The position numbers and the translations under genes were made by a program. From Dudresnaya verticillata (lineage: Eukaryota), in the NCBI GenBank assembly GCA_977862235.1, contig OZ374562.1:930001-994000 (forward strand): a DNA stretch of 64,000 nt. The letters are read 5' to 3'. Every line of letters begins with the position of its first letter. Positions within the stretch are counted from its first letter, which is position 1. The notes under the pieces were generated by a model that was given only the letters and a program-made list of their open reading frames with translations, made no database searches and was not told where the DNA came from. This document shows positions 1 to 13,230 of the stretch, one piece after another.

Positions 1-43
1 TGAAGCCACGAAGGTTGCCGGCCTTTCCAGGACAGAAGCCGCA

Positions 44-1830
44 ATGGCTATTGCGGACGTTCAATTCAACGTAGACAACGCACGGTGTGTTGAACAGGAC
101 AGAGCCATCGAGGTCCTAAGGAAAGAACTCGATGAGGAGAAGCGTCGTGTCAATTTTCTGGAATTGCAGATGCGGTGCGTAATCTGCGAAAGGGATACTA
201 TCCCTGAAGTCATGAGACGACGCTCACCGGTGCTTCGCGGCACGCGCGACAGGCGTAGGAGGCTACCCCATAGGGGGTCGGACAGTGGGTCCCAAGGTGA
301 AGTAGATGGAGGCCGTTGCCAACAGGGTTGCAAGTGCAACAGACCAATTGGGACTTCTGCGCACCGCGACCAAGTGGATTCTCATCGTCACCGATTCAAG
401 TCATCGTCACGAAGAGAATCCTCGGTCAGGGTCTCACCCTAATGCAGTTCCATCGGATGAAGAAGGACCGGGTTCCCGTTCGCATTCTAGACCTTCATGG
501 TCTTCCTGGAGGGGTCCCTGACGTTCCGGTGTGAAGGAGCTGACTCCTAGGAATCCCGTCTTCATACAGGTACTGTCCTATAGAAGATATAGGTTATTGA
601 ACCTGGATGATTGCCGCGGGCCCGAGGTGACCGAGGCGACCACGTAGAAAATCAAACGCGTCAAGTCCGTTATGCGGAGTCGCCGTTTTGACGGAAGTGA
701 TTCGGTGTCAATTATTGGCTTCTTAGCCACGCTGAAGAGGCAGCTTGATCAAGCCCACATCAGCGAAGGTGCCGCTATCCTCGTCATCCCCGAGTTCCTC
801 TAGAAGGATGCGAAGGATATGTTTGAAGCGAATTTTGACGCTACGGGTCACGACAATGGTGGTTTCACCGAATGGCCCGAAGCCGTGAATTACCTCCTTT
901 GGACTTATGCCAAGGACGTTTACATTGAGTGGATTGCCTCTGAGATGTACACTATGGCGCAGGAGCCAGATGAGGACGAGGTGACTTTTTCGCGAAGGTT
1001 GCAGAACAAAGCGCGTCGAGTCACTGGGGTATACACCGAACAAGATTTGATAACCAGGTTTATTCGTGGTTTGTTACCAGCTGTGAAGCCGCTTTTAAGC
1101 ACGTCGTCCTTGGACCCAAGGACTGCGGGACTGGCGTATTACGTCGAGCTTGCGACTGCACAGGGAGATTCCCATCGGGCGCTGGTGGGTGGCGGACGAA
1201 CGCCAAAAGCGAATAGGACGCTACCAAGGAATACCTTGAAGAACGTTCATACCCACAAGGCAGGACGGGCGCTCCTTATTCGCCAGGCGAAGGATGCATC
1301 CGCCTCCGATTCGGACACTTCAAAGAGCAGTGACTCTGATGCGGAAAGCGAAGGCGCAGTCGTGGCCGCAATTGCTAACAAAAGCGTCACCAACAACAGC
1401 GACCCAATCGGACTCGTGGTCGACAGGACAGTATTAATACGAACAACCGTATCACGGTGAAGCTGACGCGGTACTACAGACCTACAATCATAATCTCCCA
1501 GCCTGGGCACAGCCAACCAGGACTCAACGCCCTGGGTGGGTGAAGGTTGAAGACCAACCCAATGATATCTGCTTCGAATGCTACGGCATTGGCCATAAAA
1601 AGCCCAACTGTACACATTTGGCTCGTACCGATGAACAATCTTTTGAGAGTTTAAAAAGAAGACAGTTTCATCAACTATCATACGAGCATAAAGCGTGGTT
1701 GGCAACCGTTGGCCGACTGCCGGAGTTCGCTAACGAGTGGGAGCCCCCCGGGCCGCCCATAGGGCAACGGATGGAGCGCCGTCAAAATTTGGGTGCAAGT
1801 CAAGGGGGAAATCGACGTGTTCAATTTTAA
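44..1830 (+). pseudogene. gag: Gag with C-terminal CCHC zinc knuckle, broken by stops and frameshifts
   Basis: ORF pieces 44-442, 819-1460, 1540-1830; CFECYGIGHKKPNC = CX2CX4HX4C; immediately upstream of the protease. Confidence 0.85.
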
Positions 1831-2199
1831 CCTCGACTGAACCACCCCATTGACGCTCCGAGGCAAACGCCCAGGTCACCACGCCAAGGGTCTCGTCCCT
1901 TCCCACCACCTCCACCGCTACCGCTGTCGCCCGCAATGAAGGCGAAAAGCTAGCGAGGGGGGAACCGGTTTCGGTACATCACGTATCTCAGGTGGCATCA
2001 GAACCCCCAACCCCCCTCGGTACGTTGAATCCAGCTCCTCGGGCTACAGCTTCGAAAGCTTCTCCTCAACGGATCGACCGGTTATCAGTGAATCTGTAAC
2101 TTCTCTTCCTAAGAAGATCTTAGCGCGTCCCGTGGGCTTACCCCCTGGACGGAAATATCATGAGTATTGTAAGGATTCCGTTTGCTCCTTGTCGCGCTA

Positions 2200-5100
2200 C
2201 AACTATAAAGTAGCTTGCGTCCATCGGGGCCTCTGTTGACTACATTAATCGTGTGCTCTCCGTATTGGATACAGGGGCGGGCCCTAATCTCATCCGCGCC
2301 GATGTTATATCATCGAAAGACAAGAAACGGATTTCTGCAACGCGGTCAATTGTGAACTTGACCTCCGCGTCAAGTCATCGACTAACTACACTGGGAACAG
2401 TCTCCCTGATAATCAGGCTCGGGTCTTACACGGTTCGGCAACCTTTTGTTGTCGTAAGGGCATTGGCAGTAGATGCCAATTTGGGTTGCACGTTTATCGA
2501 TACCCACGTGGAAGGGTTACGCGTCCGCCAATAGAACATAGTTCTTCGCGAGGGATCTATTCACCGAATTATACGCCGCCGATGCGGTATCCCCCGTGAA
2601 GACAAGTCTGACGAACCAATGGAGGATCCCCCATTACCTAACTCGCGACTCATTCGCGTCGCACAAACTACTAATTTACTGCCCGGCAGTGAGTCATGGG
2701 TTCCTGTCACCTGTTCTGCCAAAGGAACACATTTCCTGGAATCCCTCCCCCACTTATACGAGCGCCGAGAAGTTGTTTTGACGAATGGCGTCGTCAACAT
2801 TCAGGTGAACCGAATTTTTCACGTCAAGGTCGCGAACTTTTCTTCGCGTTCTCAGGGGCTTTCCAAGAATCAAATCCTTGGCAAATCTGTACCGGCGCCC
2901 ACGCAGACGCCGGTCTACACTGTCTCCATCGAGGATAATGTTCCTGACAGTGACTCGCTTCCCTCGTCCGAAACATTCTCCGATGTAGGGGGCGGGGCTT
3001 GCTACTGCTCTGAAGACGGATATAGACTCTAAACCTGGAGTCAAAATCGCGACATCAGCGTCAACCGCTATTAAGGTCGATGACCTCGCGCTGGAACACC
3101 TGTCCACTTCGGACCGGCGCCGCGTGCGCAAAATGCTTAAACCGTTCGCAGGTATGTGGGACGGAAAACTCGGCACCATCAAGGTGATCGAACACCGTAT
3201 TGAGCTTCAAGAAGGTTCGAAACCTGTGTTTACGCAACCTTATCGGTCGGGCCCTAAAGCCGGTCAGGCAGAACAGGATGAGGTCTCAAAATGCTCAAAG
3301 AAGGCGTCATAGAGCCTGCACGCTCTGCATTTGCGAGCCCCATCGTCTTCGTTAAGAAGCCCGACGTGTCACTCCGCTTTTGCGTTGCCTATCGCAAGCT
3401 TAACGCTATTACAGTGAAGGATACGTATCCTCTGCCACGCATTGACGCGTGTTTGGACTCCATGGGCGAAGCCCAATATTTCACAACCTTGGATTGCAAC
3501 TCAGGCTGCTGGCAGATGCCGGTTTCACCGGAGGACAAGCATAAGACTGCTTTTACTTGCCACGCGGGCTGCTTCCAATTTTGCAGGATGCCCTTTGGGC
3601 TATGCAACACTCCGTCGACCTTTCAGCGAACGGTTGGCATCCTCTTATCAGGATTTCGATGGAAATCGTGCCTCGTATACCTCGACGATATTATGATATT
3701 CTTCGCGACAGTCGACGAGCATGTCACGCATGTAAGAGAGATTCTCTCTGTATTATAAGACGCAGGGGTCTCCTTGAAACTTAAGAAGTGTAACTTCTTC
3801 ACAAAGAGTGTCGACTACTTAGGGTACGTCATCCGTCCGGGTTTATTAGAAGTGGCGGCTAAGAATACGCAAGACATCGAAGGCTTCAAGGCGTAGACCA
3901 CCCAGACCCAGTTACGGTTTTTCATCGGTCTATGAAACGTCTACAGGCGATTCGTACCCAACTTCGCTCGCGTGGTAGCTCAACTCAATGCCCTCCTGCA
4001 GAAGGAAGTGGGCTTTGAACTCCCGCAGTTCAATGAACGTCAACGCGAGGCGTTCGGATTGCTGAAGAAAGCGCTAATAGCGCCTCCTATTCTTAGGTTG
4101 CCACAGGATGGTAAGGCCCTATCGATGGATACCGACGCGTGCGACTACCAAATTGTTTGCGTGCTAATTCAAGCCGAAGAATCACCAGATAGGCTTCTGG
4201 AGCCGAAGGCTGACGAAGGCAGAGAAGAACTATTCTGTAGGCGAAAAGGAGTGCCTAGCAGTGGTCTGGGCGGCACAATTGCTCAGACCCTATCTATAAA
4301 GGTCCAACTTTGACCTGTATACAGACCATCAAGCGCTGAAATGGATGATGAGCATGGCAGATGCTTCCGGACGGTTGGCCTGTTGGAGATTACGCCTCCT
4401 GAAATACTACTTCACGGTCCAGTATCGAAAAGGCAAAAAGAATCAGGTTGCTGATGCCATATCTCGGTTGCCCACGTATGGCTTCACGTCATGGGAACCG
4501 GACCTTGAGATCCCGTGTTTGGTCCTCGAGACTGATCAGAGGGACGAACCCTGCGAAAGGTCGCGACCGGAACCCAATACGCGACCGTTGGAAGCGTGGG
4601 AAATCGAACCCGTCGATGAGTCCGATTCGGATGACGAAATGTTCATCGCCCAAGTGGCCGAGAAGGAATCTAGACAAAAGGGACTATCCCTCCTAACCAC
4701 AGAAGAATTGCTCCGTGAGCAGAAAACAGATGAATTCTGCATCTGAGTCCGACGGAACCTCGAAGCCGGGAAGCCTGGTTGCTATCTAGAGGACGAACGA
4801 GGACTTCTAGTCCGGAGTCGTATATCGAAAAGGCGATACAGGTTCTCATACATCGTTCTCTTAAGGAAAGGGCGTTACACTTAGCCCACTACCCCGAGAT
4901 GGGGGGACACCCAGGTGGCACGCGGATGTACCACAACCTGAGAAGACAGGTATATTGGCCAGAGATGGCATTGGATGTGTACGCCACAGTGCGTAATTGT
5001 GTCAAGTGCGCGCAAGAGCGGGTGAAGTTGCGGAAACATGCTTCGCATATGAAACTCTTCCCGGCGACCATGCCGCTGGAGTTTGTAGGAATCGATATCC

Positions 5101-5930
5101 TGGGTCCGTTACCCCGCTCTGGGAAAGGAAACGAGTTCCTGTTGGTTATGATGGATCGCTTCTCAAAGCTGACGCGAGCGATACCGATGAAAACGGTAAC
5201 CGCCTATACAGTGGCGAAGGAGCTTTGCGACCATTGGGTCTTTATCTATGGACCGCCCCGTTACGTCCTTTCAGACAATGGGTCTCAATTTGCCTCTAAG
5301 TTCTTTCTCGCTGTGTGCGATATCCTACGGATTCGAAATATGTTCACGTCGACATACCATCCCCAAACTAATGGGCAAACCGAGAGGTTCAACTGCCCCA
5401 TCCTAGCGGGCCTTCGTCACTTCCTAGCGGAAGACCAGAGGGACTGGGACGAGTTCACCTCAGCGCTCACGTACGCTTACAATAGGACAGTGCATCACGC
5501 TACAGGGTGAGCCCCTTTTGACTTGGTTTTGTCAAATCAGCCGACTTCCATACTATTGGAACAAGCGGAAACGGTAGAAATTGACGGAATACCCGCTACG
5601 AACGTTAAGAAACGCCTAACCGCTCGGCGGGAAACGTTCATGGATACGGCTCTGCCTAGGATGCAACTAGCGCAAAACTATGAAACCAACTTCAATAACC
5701 GCATCCGACCGGCCAACCAAAATGTATGTCCTGGGTCAGGGGTATTCCTCGAACAGAAAACCAAAGTGAAGGACGCTTCAAGTGTGGCAAGAGAACGGAA
5801 ACTGTTCCCGAAACCCCTTGGGCCATATAAGGTTCTCGAGAGAGGAACCCATGTGGTGGTTCTCGACATCAAGGGCGACAGAGAAACAATCTCTTTGGAT
5901 CGAGTCACTTTGGATCCATCGCCACATTAA
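2200..5930 (+). pseudogene. pol: Pol: aspartic protease, reverse transcriptase, RNase H, integrase; multiple stops and frameshifts
   Basis: VLDTGAGPNLI (PR); SPIVFVKK..LRFCV, MPFGLCN, VYLDD (RT); MDTDAC (RH); HYPEMGGHPG..CVKC, GIDILGP, SDNGSQF, YHPQTNGQTERFN (IN). Confidence 0.97.
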
Positions 5931-5948
5931 GCACCGTTATCACTAGAC

Positions 5949-6467
5949 ATGAGTCCCACTGTAGTGGGATTGCCACCGGAGACAGATGCAGCACCTTCAA
6001 GTAGCCGAACTGTGCCAGCCGACGGGCCCAGCACAAACGCCACTAGCCCCCCGATGAACACCGCATCAGGCGGTAACGAACCGGCGCACACCGAAGCACC
6101 TGGTGTCGAAGGCGAGACGCTGGCTGACACACGTGGGGATGTGCAACCTAACGGTGCTCATACGGTGCTTGTTGTCCCACAACGACAGGAGAATGCTCCC
6201 AGGGACGATGAATTGGACGCGCCATCACCTACGCCGACAGTAGCTGAAGGGACGTCAAGCCGCAAATTCTCGCGCTTCAAGAAGGCACCACCACGCGAAA
6301 ACATGTACGAAAGGATCGTTTCCTATGACCCCGACACACACCTCTATTGGGTGCGGTGGTTCCAGAGCCCGGCTTCAAAGGACACATGGGAGCCAAAAGG
6401 GTATCTCCCTCGAAATTTGGTGACGAGGTACCACCGCCAAAAAGGGATACTTTTCCCTGACAATTAG
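5949..6467 (+). pseudogene. Integrase C-terminal linker and chromodomain
   Basis: YERIVSYDPDTHLYWVRWFQSPASKDTWEPKGYLPRNLV matches the chromodomain YxVxW...TWEP pattern, downstream of IN. Confidence 0.85.
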
Positions 6468-6754
6468 CGTGGCGAACAACCGCGTTGAGTAGGGCCCGGG
6501 CCTACAAGTGGTCTCAATCGGGCGTACGCGCCCAATCTAACAGCAGTTAGGCTGTATGGAGTCGGATCTCCCAACTGTTAGATTAACCTCATATGCGTTG
6601 AGGTAGAACTTTGGTTCCAGGTTCCGAAGTCGACGCCCTCGAGCAAATAGGACTTCAGCCTATGGGCTAAGGACGGCATTCGCCGATTACCGAGCACAAG
6701 GAAGTAGGGGTTAGCCTCTCAAGAGATGAGCCAATGTATACGGCTACAGAAGGG

Positions 6755-6960
6755 AGGACCGTGGATAGATGTAAAATATGGACTGATGAAAGAAGAGTCA
6801 AACCTCTGGATAGATGTCGAATTGGATAGATGAAAGAAGAGTCAAGACTCTGGATAGATGTATAACATGGATAGATGTCAGAAGGATTGGATCCTGGATA
6901 GATGCATGGAAATGGATAGATGTAATCAAGAGGTGAACTCTGTAAGATGGATTCTACCAA
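6755..6960. repeat. Degenerate tandem repeats (GGATAGATG core) in the G1 3' internal region
   Basis: About 7 copies of GGATAGATG; two copies of GATGAAAGAAGAGTCAA..CTCTGGATAGATGT. Confidence 0.8.
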
Positions 6961-8011
6961 AGTGAGCGTGCGCTTCAGAGCTAGGAGTCGATCCTACGTT
7001 AGCAAAGTAACTGTGTACAGTACAGAAACTATCGCTATTCATAAGGTTGGCGACCTTACTCAAGGCCGGATTAAGAAATAAGGCCAACCTCGAGCACATA
7101 GGCCATCGTTGGGCATAGTTGCCAGAACGTGGCTACCCCAAGGAATCAATCCTGAAAGGCAAAAGCTATGGCGACCACTCTCTCCTCGGTGCGGGTAAGG
7201 AACAGTGGCGATGGCCAACTGGTAAGTTGCTACAACCATAACTACCAGTACGATGACGCTTGATGGCAGCTGGACTGCCAAAAGCGATGCCGTCGCTGGA
7301 ACCTGGACGGGGCATTGCGCCCGAAGTTTTGCTAGCTACCTCCCACGAAAAGGGCGCTAGCGCCAAACCCAGTGAGGGCGTAAGGCAAAAGGACGCCAAT
7401 CCCAGACTCATGAGTCTTGATACCACGACTCCCACCCCAGTTGGGACAGCTGTGGGAAATCGCGTGAGACCCCATTGATATAGGAGGAGTAAGCGCCAAG
7501 CGTATTTACGCCGAAAATTCTGGAGGCCGCGCGCGCTTGAAGCCGATGGCGCTGATCTCTACCTTGTGGTTGTGGCGATGGGTAAAGCCCATGGCGCTGG
7601 CATCCAAATTTTGCTTGCAACGAGAGACCCAAGCCCATGGAAGGGCCACAGCAAGGCGGCGGAGCGGTGTGGCCAATTGGCAGCCATAAAGGGTTTCGCG
7701 CCAAAATACGCTACAATGCCTGGCTCTGCACTGTAGAGCAACTTCTGACATTGCTGTCACGCTCTCAAGCCGCGACAGACGCTGTGGAGGCGTATTGGTC
7801 AACCAATAGTAGACGGTCACACGATGCCTGAACAGGCAAAGGCATCACTGTCTTACTAGGAAGGAAAGTGGAACCAGACGTGAAGGCTCGAAGCCTACCA
7901 AGGCAATGTGTTGCGTATACAAGACGAAGTTTATTGATACGCGGTTAAGCCGCTAGTGTAGGCTTCTAATCCCTGTCAGGCTCGATGCCTCAAGACAAGG
8001 GCCTGACTCAG

Positions 8012-10293
8012 CTAATCCGATAGGAGGTCAATGACCTCGTCATCGCCAAGAGGCGGGTTAGGCGCAGAAGGAGCCCGCGTCGTCACGATGCGGCGCACCT
8101 CGCGGATGACCCGCCGACCCTGACGACGACGCGGGCCGCAACCTCGGCGGATACCCTCCATTGCTGCACCACAAGCCTCGTTGGCTGGAAATTCAACGTC
8201 CATCGGCTTCACTTCAGGTGCAACACCCCCGCCCTCAGGCTCCAACTCCTCCTCCTCCTTGAGGACCAGTTCCGTCTTGACGATCAAGTCGTCATTAGCC
8301 TTAAGCTCATCGCTCGTCGGCGACGATGTAACCTCCTTGGCCCCATCTGAAGGCAGCCCAGCCTGACCCGGCATAGACGGCAGCGCTACTGTAGGGCTTG
8401 GCCCTGACGAAGCCTCCACTGTCTCGCTGGTAGTAGACGGATTCGGTTGCAACGGCCCGGATGGCGCCACGCTAGAAGTAGGCACGGCGCCTATAAGAAC
8501 GGAGCGCAGAGGGAAGCCGATGGCTGAGCCGGACCACCGGTCTTGGATGATATAGTTGCCGCAGCGGGCGGCCCGGCAGTTCCAACCTCGCCGGAAGCCC
8601 CAGCCGAAGGCTCTTCGCGTGGAATCTTAGACGCGTCAGCCTCAGTGGCTTCACGAGCATCTAGCGCTAGAATGGCACCAGAAGAGCCCTGGGCAGAAGA
8701 AACCGGCTTACCGTAGCCGATTCCACGGCGGACATTAGAGCCAGGCTCTTTCTTGATCTCCACTCCAGGCTCACCTTGAACGTTGACCCCGCCCAGCGGG
8801 GGCAACTTATTGAGGTGAGTGAAAAGGCGGTCAATGGGACCCGGTGTCCCAACCCAGTGAGCCTCATACTCGGCTAGGACCTCCTCAACCCAGTCAGTGA
8901 GACTGTGAAGGTTGAGGGAGTAGATAACCCAATGGGCAGCGAGCCGGATGGCTAAGCCACGACGTCCAAATAGTTCTCGGATCTCATTGTCGGCTCGATG
9001 ATGGTGAGTCAACACTGGGGCGTACGGCCCCTGAGGATCCCCTTCCACAGTGTCGTCGAAGGGAGGCACGGCATCAGGGTGTTTAGGCCCTTCATCCCGC
9101 CAGCGGACGCTGACCCACCCCTTGGTATAACCAGTCCGACGCTCGCCCTCATTCAACAAGATGGACTCACACTCCTCGGGTATAGGGTCCATTAAGTAGC
9201 CCGGCAGGACTGGGTGCCACTTGGCGGCGCTGAACTCTGCCCAGTCGTCGGGGTCTTATACCGGCGTCACGTGGCCGGTATTCTCAGGCAAGTGCCTATT
9301 GCGTTTTGAAATGCCACTCCAGCGAATGCGCTCTACATATAGCAAGAGTTGGTCCAGGTCCTGAGCATCCTCCGCGGTGGCGCAAAAGGCAGATGCGCCT
9401 ATAGTGCGGAGGGTCCCTCGAAGTCGGGAATTAATGAAATACAACAGCCCCCGACGGGCTTTGTACACCAACACCTGCGTCACCAGGACGATCCTTTCGT
9501 GGCGGCATATCGACCACACGACACTCTCGTCTTCGTGACCGTCCATCATCTCCAAGACAAGGTAGGCTACGATGGTGGGCGTCCCCACTGGCATGGAGTA
9601 CGACACTTCAAGGTCCATGTGGTCCCCGGCGACTTGAGGGTACTTGATCCTATAAAACTCCGGTTGGATAGAGGGAACCTCTTGGCAATGCGCCGGCACG
9701 AAACAGCCGGTGCGGTGGCGGTTCCGACGTTCGAAACGTACTAAGTCGGACGGAATTGCCGTTTGGGGGTTGTCCGGGGCATACTTGAAGTTTGAAGTTT
9801 CATCCCAACGGACAACCCGGGCTGTGATGTAAGGGTAGTTGTCCCTACCGCTGGGGATCAGCGGGCGCTCGTGCGCCTCCATACCAAGGTCGAATTCCCC
9901 AACGTCATGAACGTGTTGGATTTTTTCTAGCTCATAATTGAGCTTGTTACATAAGGTGGCTGTATAGCGCACCTCATGACGGAAGCGCGGGTACGCTAGA
10001 TCCCACTGCCACGGCCCCGTGAGGGTGAGCAGACCACGAGTCAATCCCGTTAATTGGCTCACGCGGGCACGGGCATGCGAATGCCACGTACGACGCTGCA
10101 CGTTGCGCGTTCCATGCCGGCGGATATCCATGCGGTCAGCGCCAGCATGCGTTTTCAGGTGCGCCAAGTCGGTGCGCACCGTCCAGTCGTGACTCTCCTT
10201 AACGGAGAAGGGGACGCCAAAATCGTCGACGTCCAGGCCTAGCACACCGATGCTTGAGCCGGCGGCCCCATAAGCCATCTGGCTGTTACTCAT
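8012..10293 (-). pseudogene. Antisense accessory ORF of G1 (~760 codons, unknown function)
   Basis: 9256-10293 reads in frame through one TAA into 8491-9192 (DPDDWAEFSAAKWHPVLPGYLMDP), then frameshifts to 8012-8485; lies between pol and the PPT. Confidence 0.75.
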
Positions 10294-10856
10294 CCGACTT
10301 CGACGGGACGAACGAGTCGACCATAATAGTCAAGATGACTCTTCTTTCCGAACGAAACTCGACGGCGCAGCCGTAGAATGACAGTTTGTCAGGCTAGGAC
10401 ACCGGAGGACCGCAGCCGGAGAATGGCCCTCGTACCCACGCACAGCCACCGCGGCTCGTTAAGATGAGCGGTTTGAACACCGCGTGGCGGTAGACTTGAG
10501 AAGGAATGAGAGTGCAGGGCGCGCAGGTTGTGTTTGGAGATGATGAGAAAGTGCGGGCGTGCACTGGGAACTGCAGCGGAAGCCGCTGTGACGCTGCTGA
10601 TGTATGCAGCCGCTTGGGGCTTTCCGCGCGAGCGCACAACGTTCGTCGGAATAATTAGACGGGCGCCGTCGAGATTGGGACGGCGAACCAAGTGATTTGT
10701 CACTATTGAGAACCGTTAGAGAACGGCCGCCCGTGGTGGCGGTTACAAGTGAGCCGTTGGCCCAATGTCCCACTGGGATTTCAACCTCGCCCAAGACGGG
10801 CCAATAGAAACAGCCTTGCTGGCTTCGCAGGTCTCTCAGTCTTAATGAGGGGGCCG

Positions 10857-11679
10857 TGTGGAAGAATGAGCCGCAGTAGAAGTGCTGGCGCACTGTAAGT
10901 CATGTGTGTGCATTAAGGTGTAAGACGCCCACCCGCATCAAGCTGTAAGGCGCGCACAAGCGCCGTGCGCTGTAAGGACGATGAGCCCCGCTGGCGTCCC
11001 TGCTGGCACCAAATATGATGGCGAATTTGCATAGGGTATTTTATTGTGGCCGCTCACGCGGCCCGACGCGGTATTACCACGAATCCGTATTTATAACTGA
11101 CAACAGTACTAATAGATTAATAATTACAGCTAGAATAGCTTAGAATAGCTCATAGGAGGTAAGAGCATTTCCGTCTCTGCCATACTTAATAGGCCCCTGA
11201 GTAGCAGGGGCCTCCTGAATAGAACCCTACGGTGAGTTTGGGTCTTTTGCCCTTTTTCTGTAATTCACGGACTCACCGTACCTTTTTCCCCTTTCAGGCG
11301 CTCTACGAGCCTTGTCTCCGCACGACGGAAGCTCTGCGCGAGCTGGGTAGCGCCGCCCTTCCCTTTTCCCCTTTTTCCTAGGCTTTGTGCCTTTTCCCCA
11401 AGTCTCTACCAACTCCCTTTTTCCCCCCGACCTACCAAAGCTAGTGTTGGCCATAGGACAGGTGTCCTGGTTGTTTCCGTTCTACTTGGCCCCGTGGCCA
11501 TTCTACTAGAGCTGAAAGGATTGTATGTCCACGTATGCGTGTAGGCACCCACGTGGCAAGCTCTGCGTGACTCTGTCAGAAGCGCGGGTGCATAACGGAC
11601 GGAACTTGTCAGACGCCCCTCGGGACACCACTTGTTAAGAGTTCCCGCGCGATGTGTCCGACTTGGGGCTGAGTCCACA
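10857..11679 (+). repeat. 3' LTR of G1 (823 bp)
   Basis: Begins TGTGGA directly after the PPT and ends TCCACA; TATA-like TATTTATAA near 11088; no second copy in the window to confirm the 3' end. Confidence 0.75.
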
Positions 11680-11687
11680 CGCAGAGC

Positions 11688-12529
11688 TGTGGTAGAACGA
11701 AGTCCACGGTGACGCAGGGAAGTCTCGCACTGTAAGGAATGGCCTCGGAGCCTAACGAATGGCCTCGTAGCCTAGCGGAGAAACGAAAGGGGTGGTAGCG
11801 TGGTAGAGCGGAGCGACCAACACGAAGGGTCACGGTGTCAACGTTTTCGTGTGCGGAAGGGAGAACTCAAGCGATCGATCACCAGGGATGACTCCGGGTG
11901 CGCGGGGCTATCGAAAGCGAGGCTCGACCGTACCCGCGGTCACGAACACGAAGACACCGAACTCGAAGAAACAGGCGTTTACCGAAGACTCCGTGGTCCG
12001 GGCGCTAGTCGCTTACCGGAAACCCTCGGAGGTTGTGCCAGACGACTGGCTAAGTAATGCTACGTGAGCACGAAGACACGTCAACGCGGGAGATGGTTCG
12101 TACTCGAATGATTCGTAACAGACCCGGTTCCAACGAACGGTCGTCTCACGTATGGTGGTGGTTACGAAGTGCACCAGCGATGCATACGGAGGTGCACGCG
12201 CGTCGTGGGCCTCGGTGCCGTTATGCGCGGGAAACAACGGGAAAATCACGAAGGTGTCAGCGATTTCGTATCGGGTGCGCACTGTAATGCGAATGCCATC
12301 GTGGCGCGCGCGATCACGAAGTCAGCTCGCAATTCGTCCGGAGGTGTCAGCGATTTCGTATCGCGTGCGTGCTGTAATGCGAATGCAATCGTGGCGCTCG
12401 CAAAGTATGCGCAGTGTAATACGTTTGCCATCGTGGCGTGCGTATTCACGGAGTCACTTCGAAATTCGTATTTCTCGATTATTTTCACGTAGACCACGGA
12501 GTCGTTTTGCGCACAACGTCTATACCACA
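11688..12529 (-). repeat. 3' LTR (842 bp) of a minus-strand Gypsy element (LTR family L2)
   Basis: TGTGGTA...TACCACA ends; minus-strand PPT GAGGAGGGGGCCG abuts at 12530-12542; homologous copy at 28122-28236 plus 53402-53995; internal tandem duplication at ~12250-12440. Confidence 0.88.
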
Positions 12530-13230
12530 CGGCCCCCTCCTCAAGAGCGAACGTCCCGGTCGCGGGTTACGAACCACGAATTGGCGTGGCCCGGTTTCCC
12601 TCTGTGGTGCCCGGATGGAGCCATCCGAGAGGCGGCGCGGAGATTGCTTCGAGCTCACTTCGTCGCGCAGCTTTGCCTCGGGGCTTACGAATTTGAATTC
12701 GGATCACGTGTGCGATGGCGACTTCGTATTGGCTAATCACGAAGATATTTCGCGTACGTAGAACGGGTTAGGGCTTCGGCGCCGTCCGGCGATGCGTGCG
12801 CGCGCGGATCACGGAGACGGGGCGCAAGCCGCGTGCGTTATTTCAACTTCGTGTTGCGCTGGGTCCGAGCCCCTTGCTTTTCCGGTCATCGCGCTCACAC
12901 ACAACTCGCTCCAGCTCCTTGGCCTTCGGATTTTTGCGTCTTCCGTCGGCTCCTTCGTGTTGCGCTGTTGCGTCCGTGCGCATCTCTTTTCGCATCGTTC
13001 GCTCCGCTCCGTGGCGTTCGTATTGTTGCTTCGTAGATCCTCTTCAGGGGCCCAACTTTCAAGAATGCAAATTGCGGCTAACATTGACCCGAAGTTTAGT
13101 CTGAACGTCCCACTTGGAACAGTACGGATGCTACCAAACCAACTTAATCTGGAGTTGTACTCGTTGGTCGGTCATTACAGGAATTGATTGCTTCTTGTAA
13201 GCTCAACTTCAATAATGATTATAAGAAGTA

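Larger units (their letters stand above)
1..11679 (+). mobile_element. Ty3/Gypsy chromovirus LTR retrotransposon (element G1), decayed; 5' LTR lies outside the window
   Basis: gag-PR-RT-RH-IN-chromodomain order, followed by an antisense ORF, PPT GAGGGGGCCG (10847-10856) and a TGTGGA...TCCACA LTR. Confidence 0.9.

Noticed and set aside
11800..12761. ORFs within the L2 LTR with matching ORFs at 53525-53881
   Set aside because: The similarity reflects non-coding LTR identity; there are no protein motifs.
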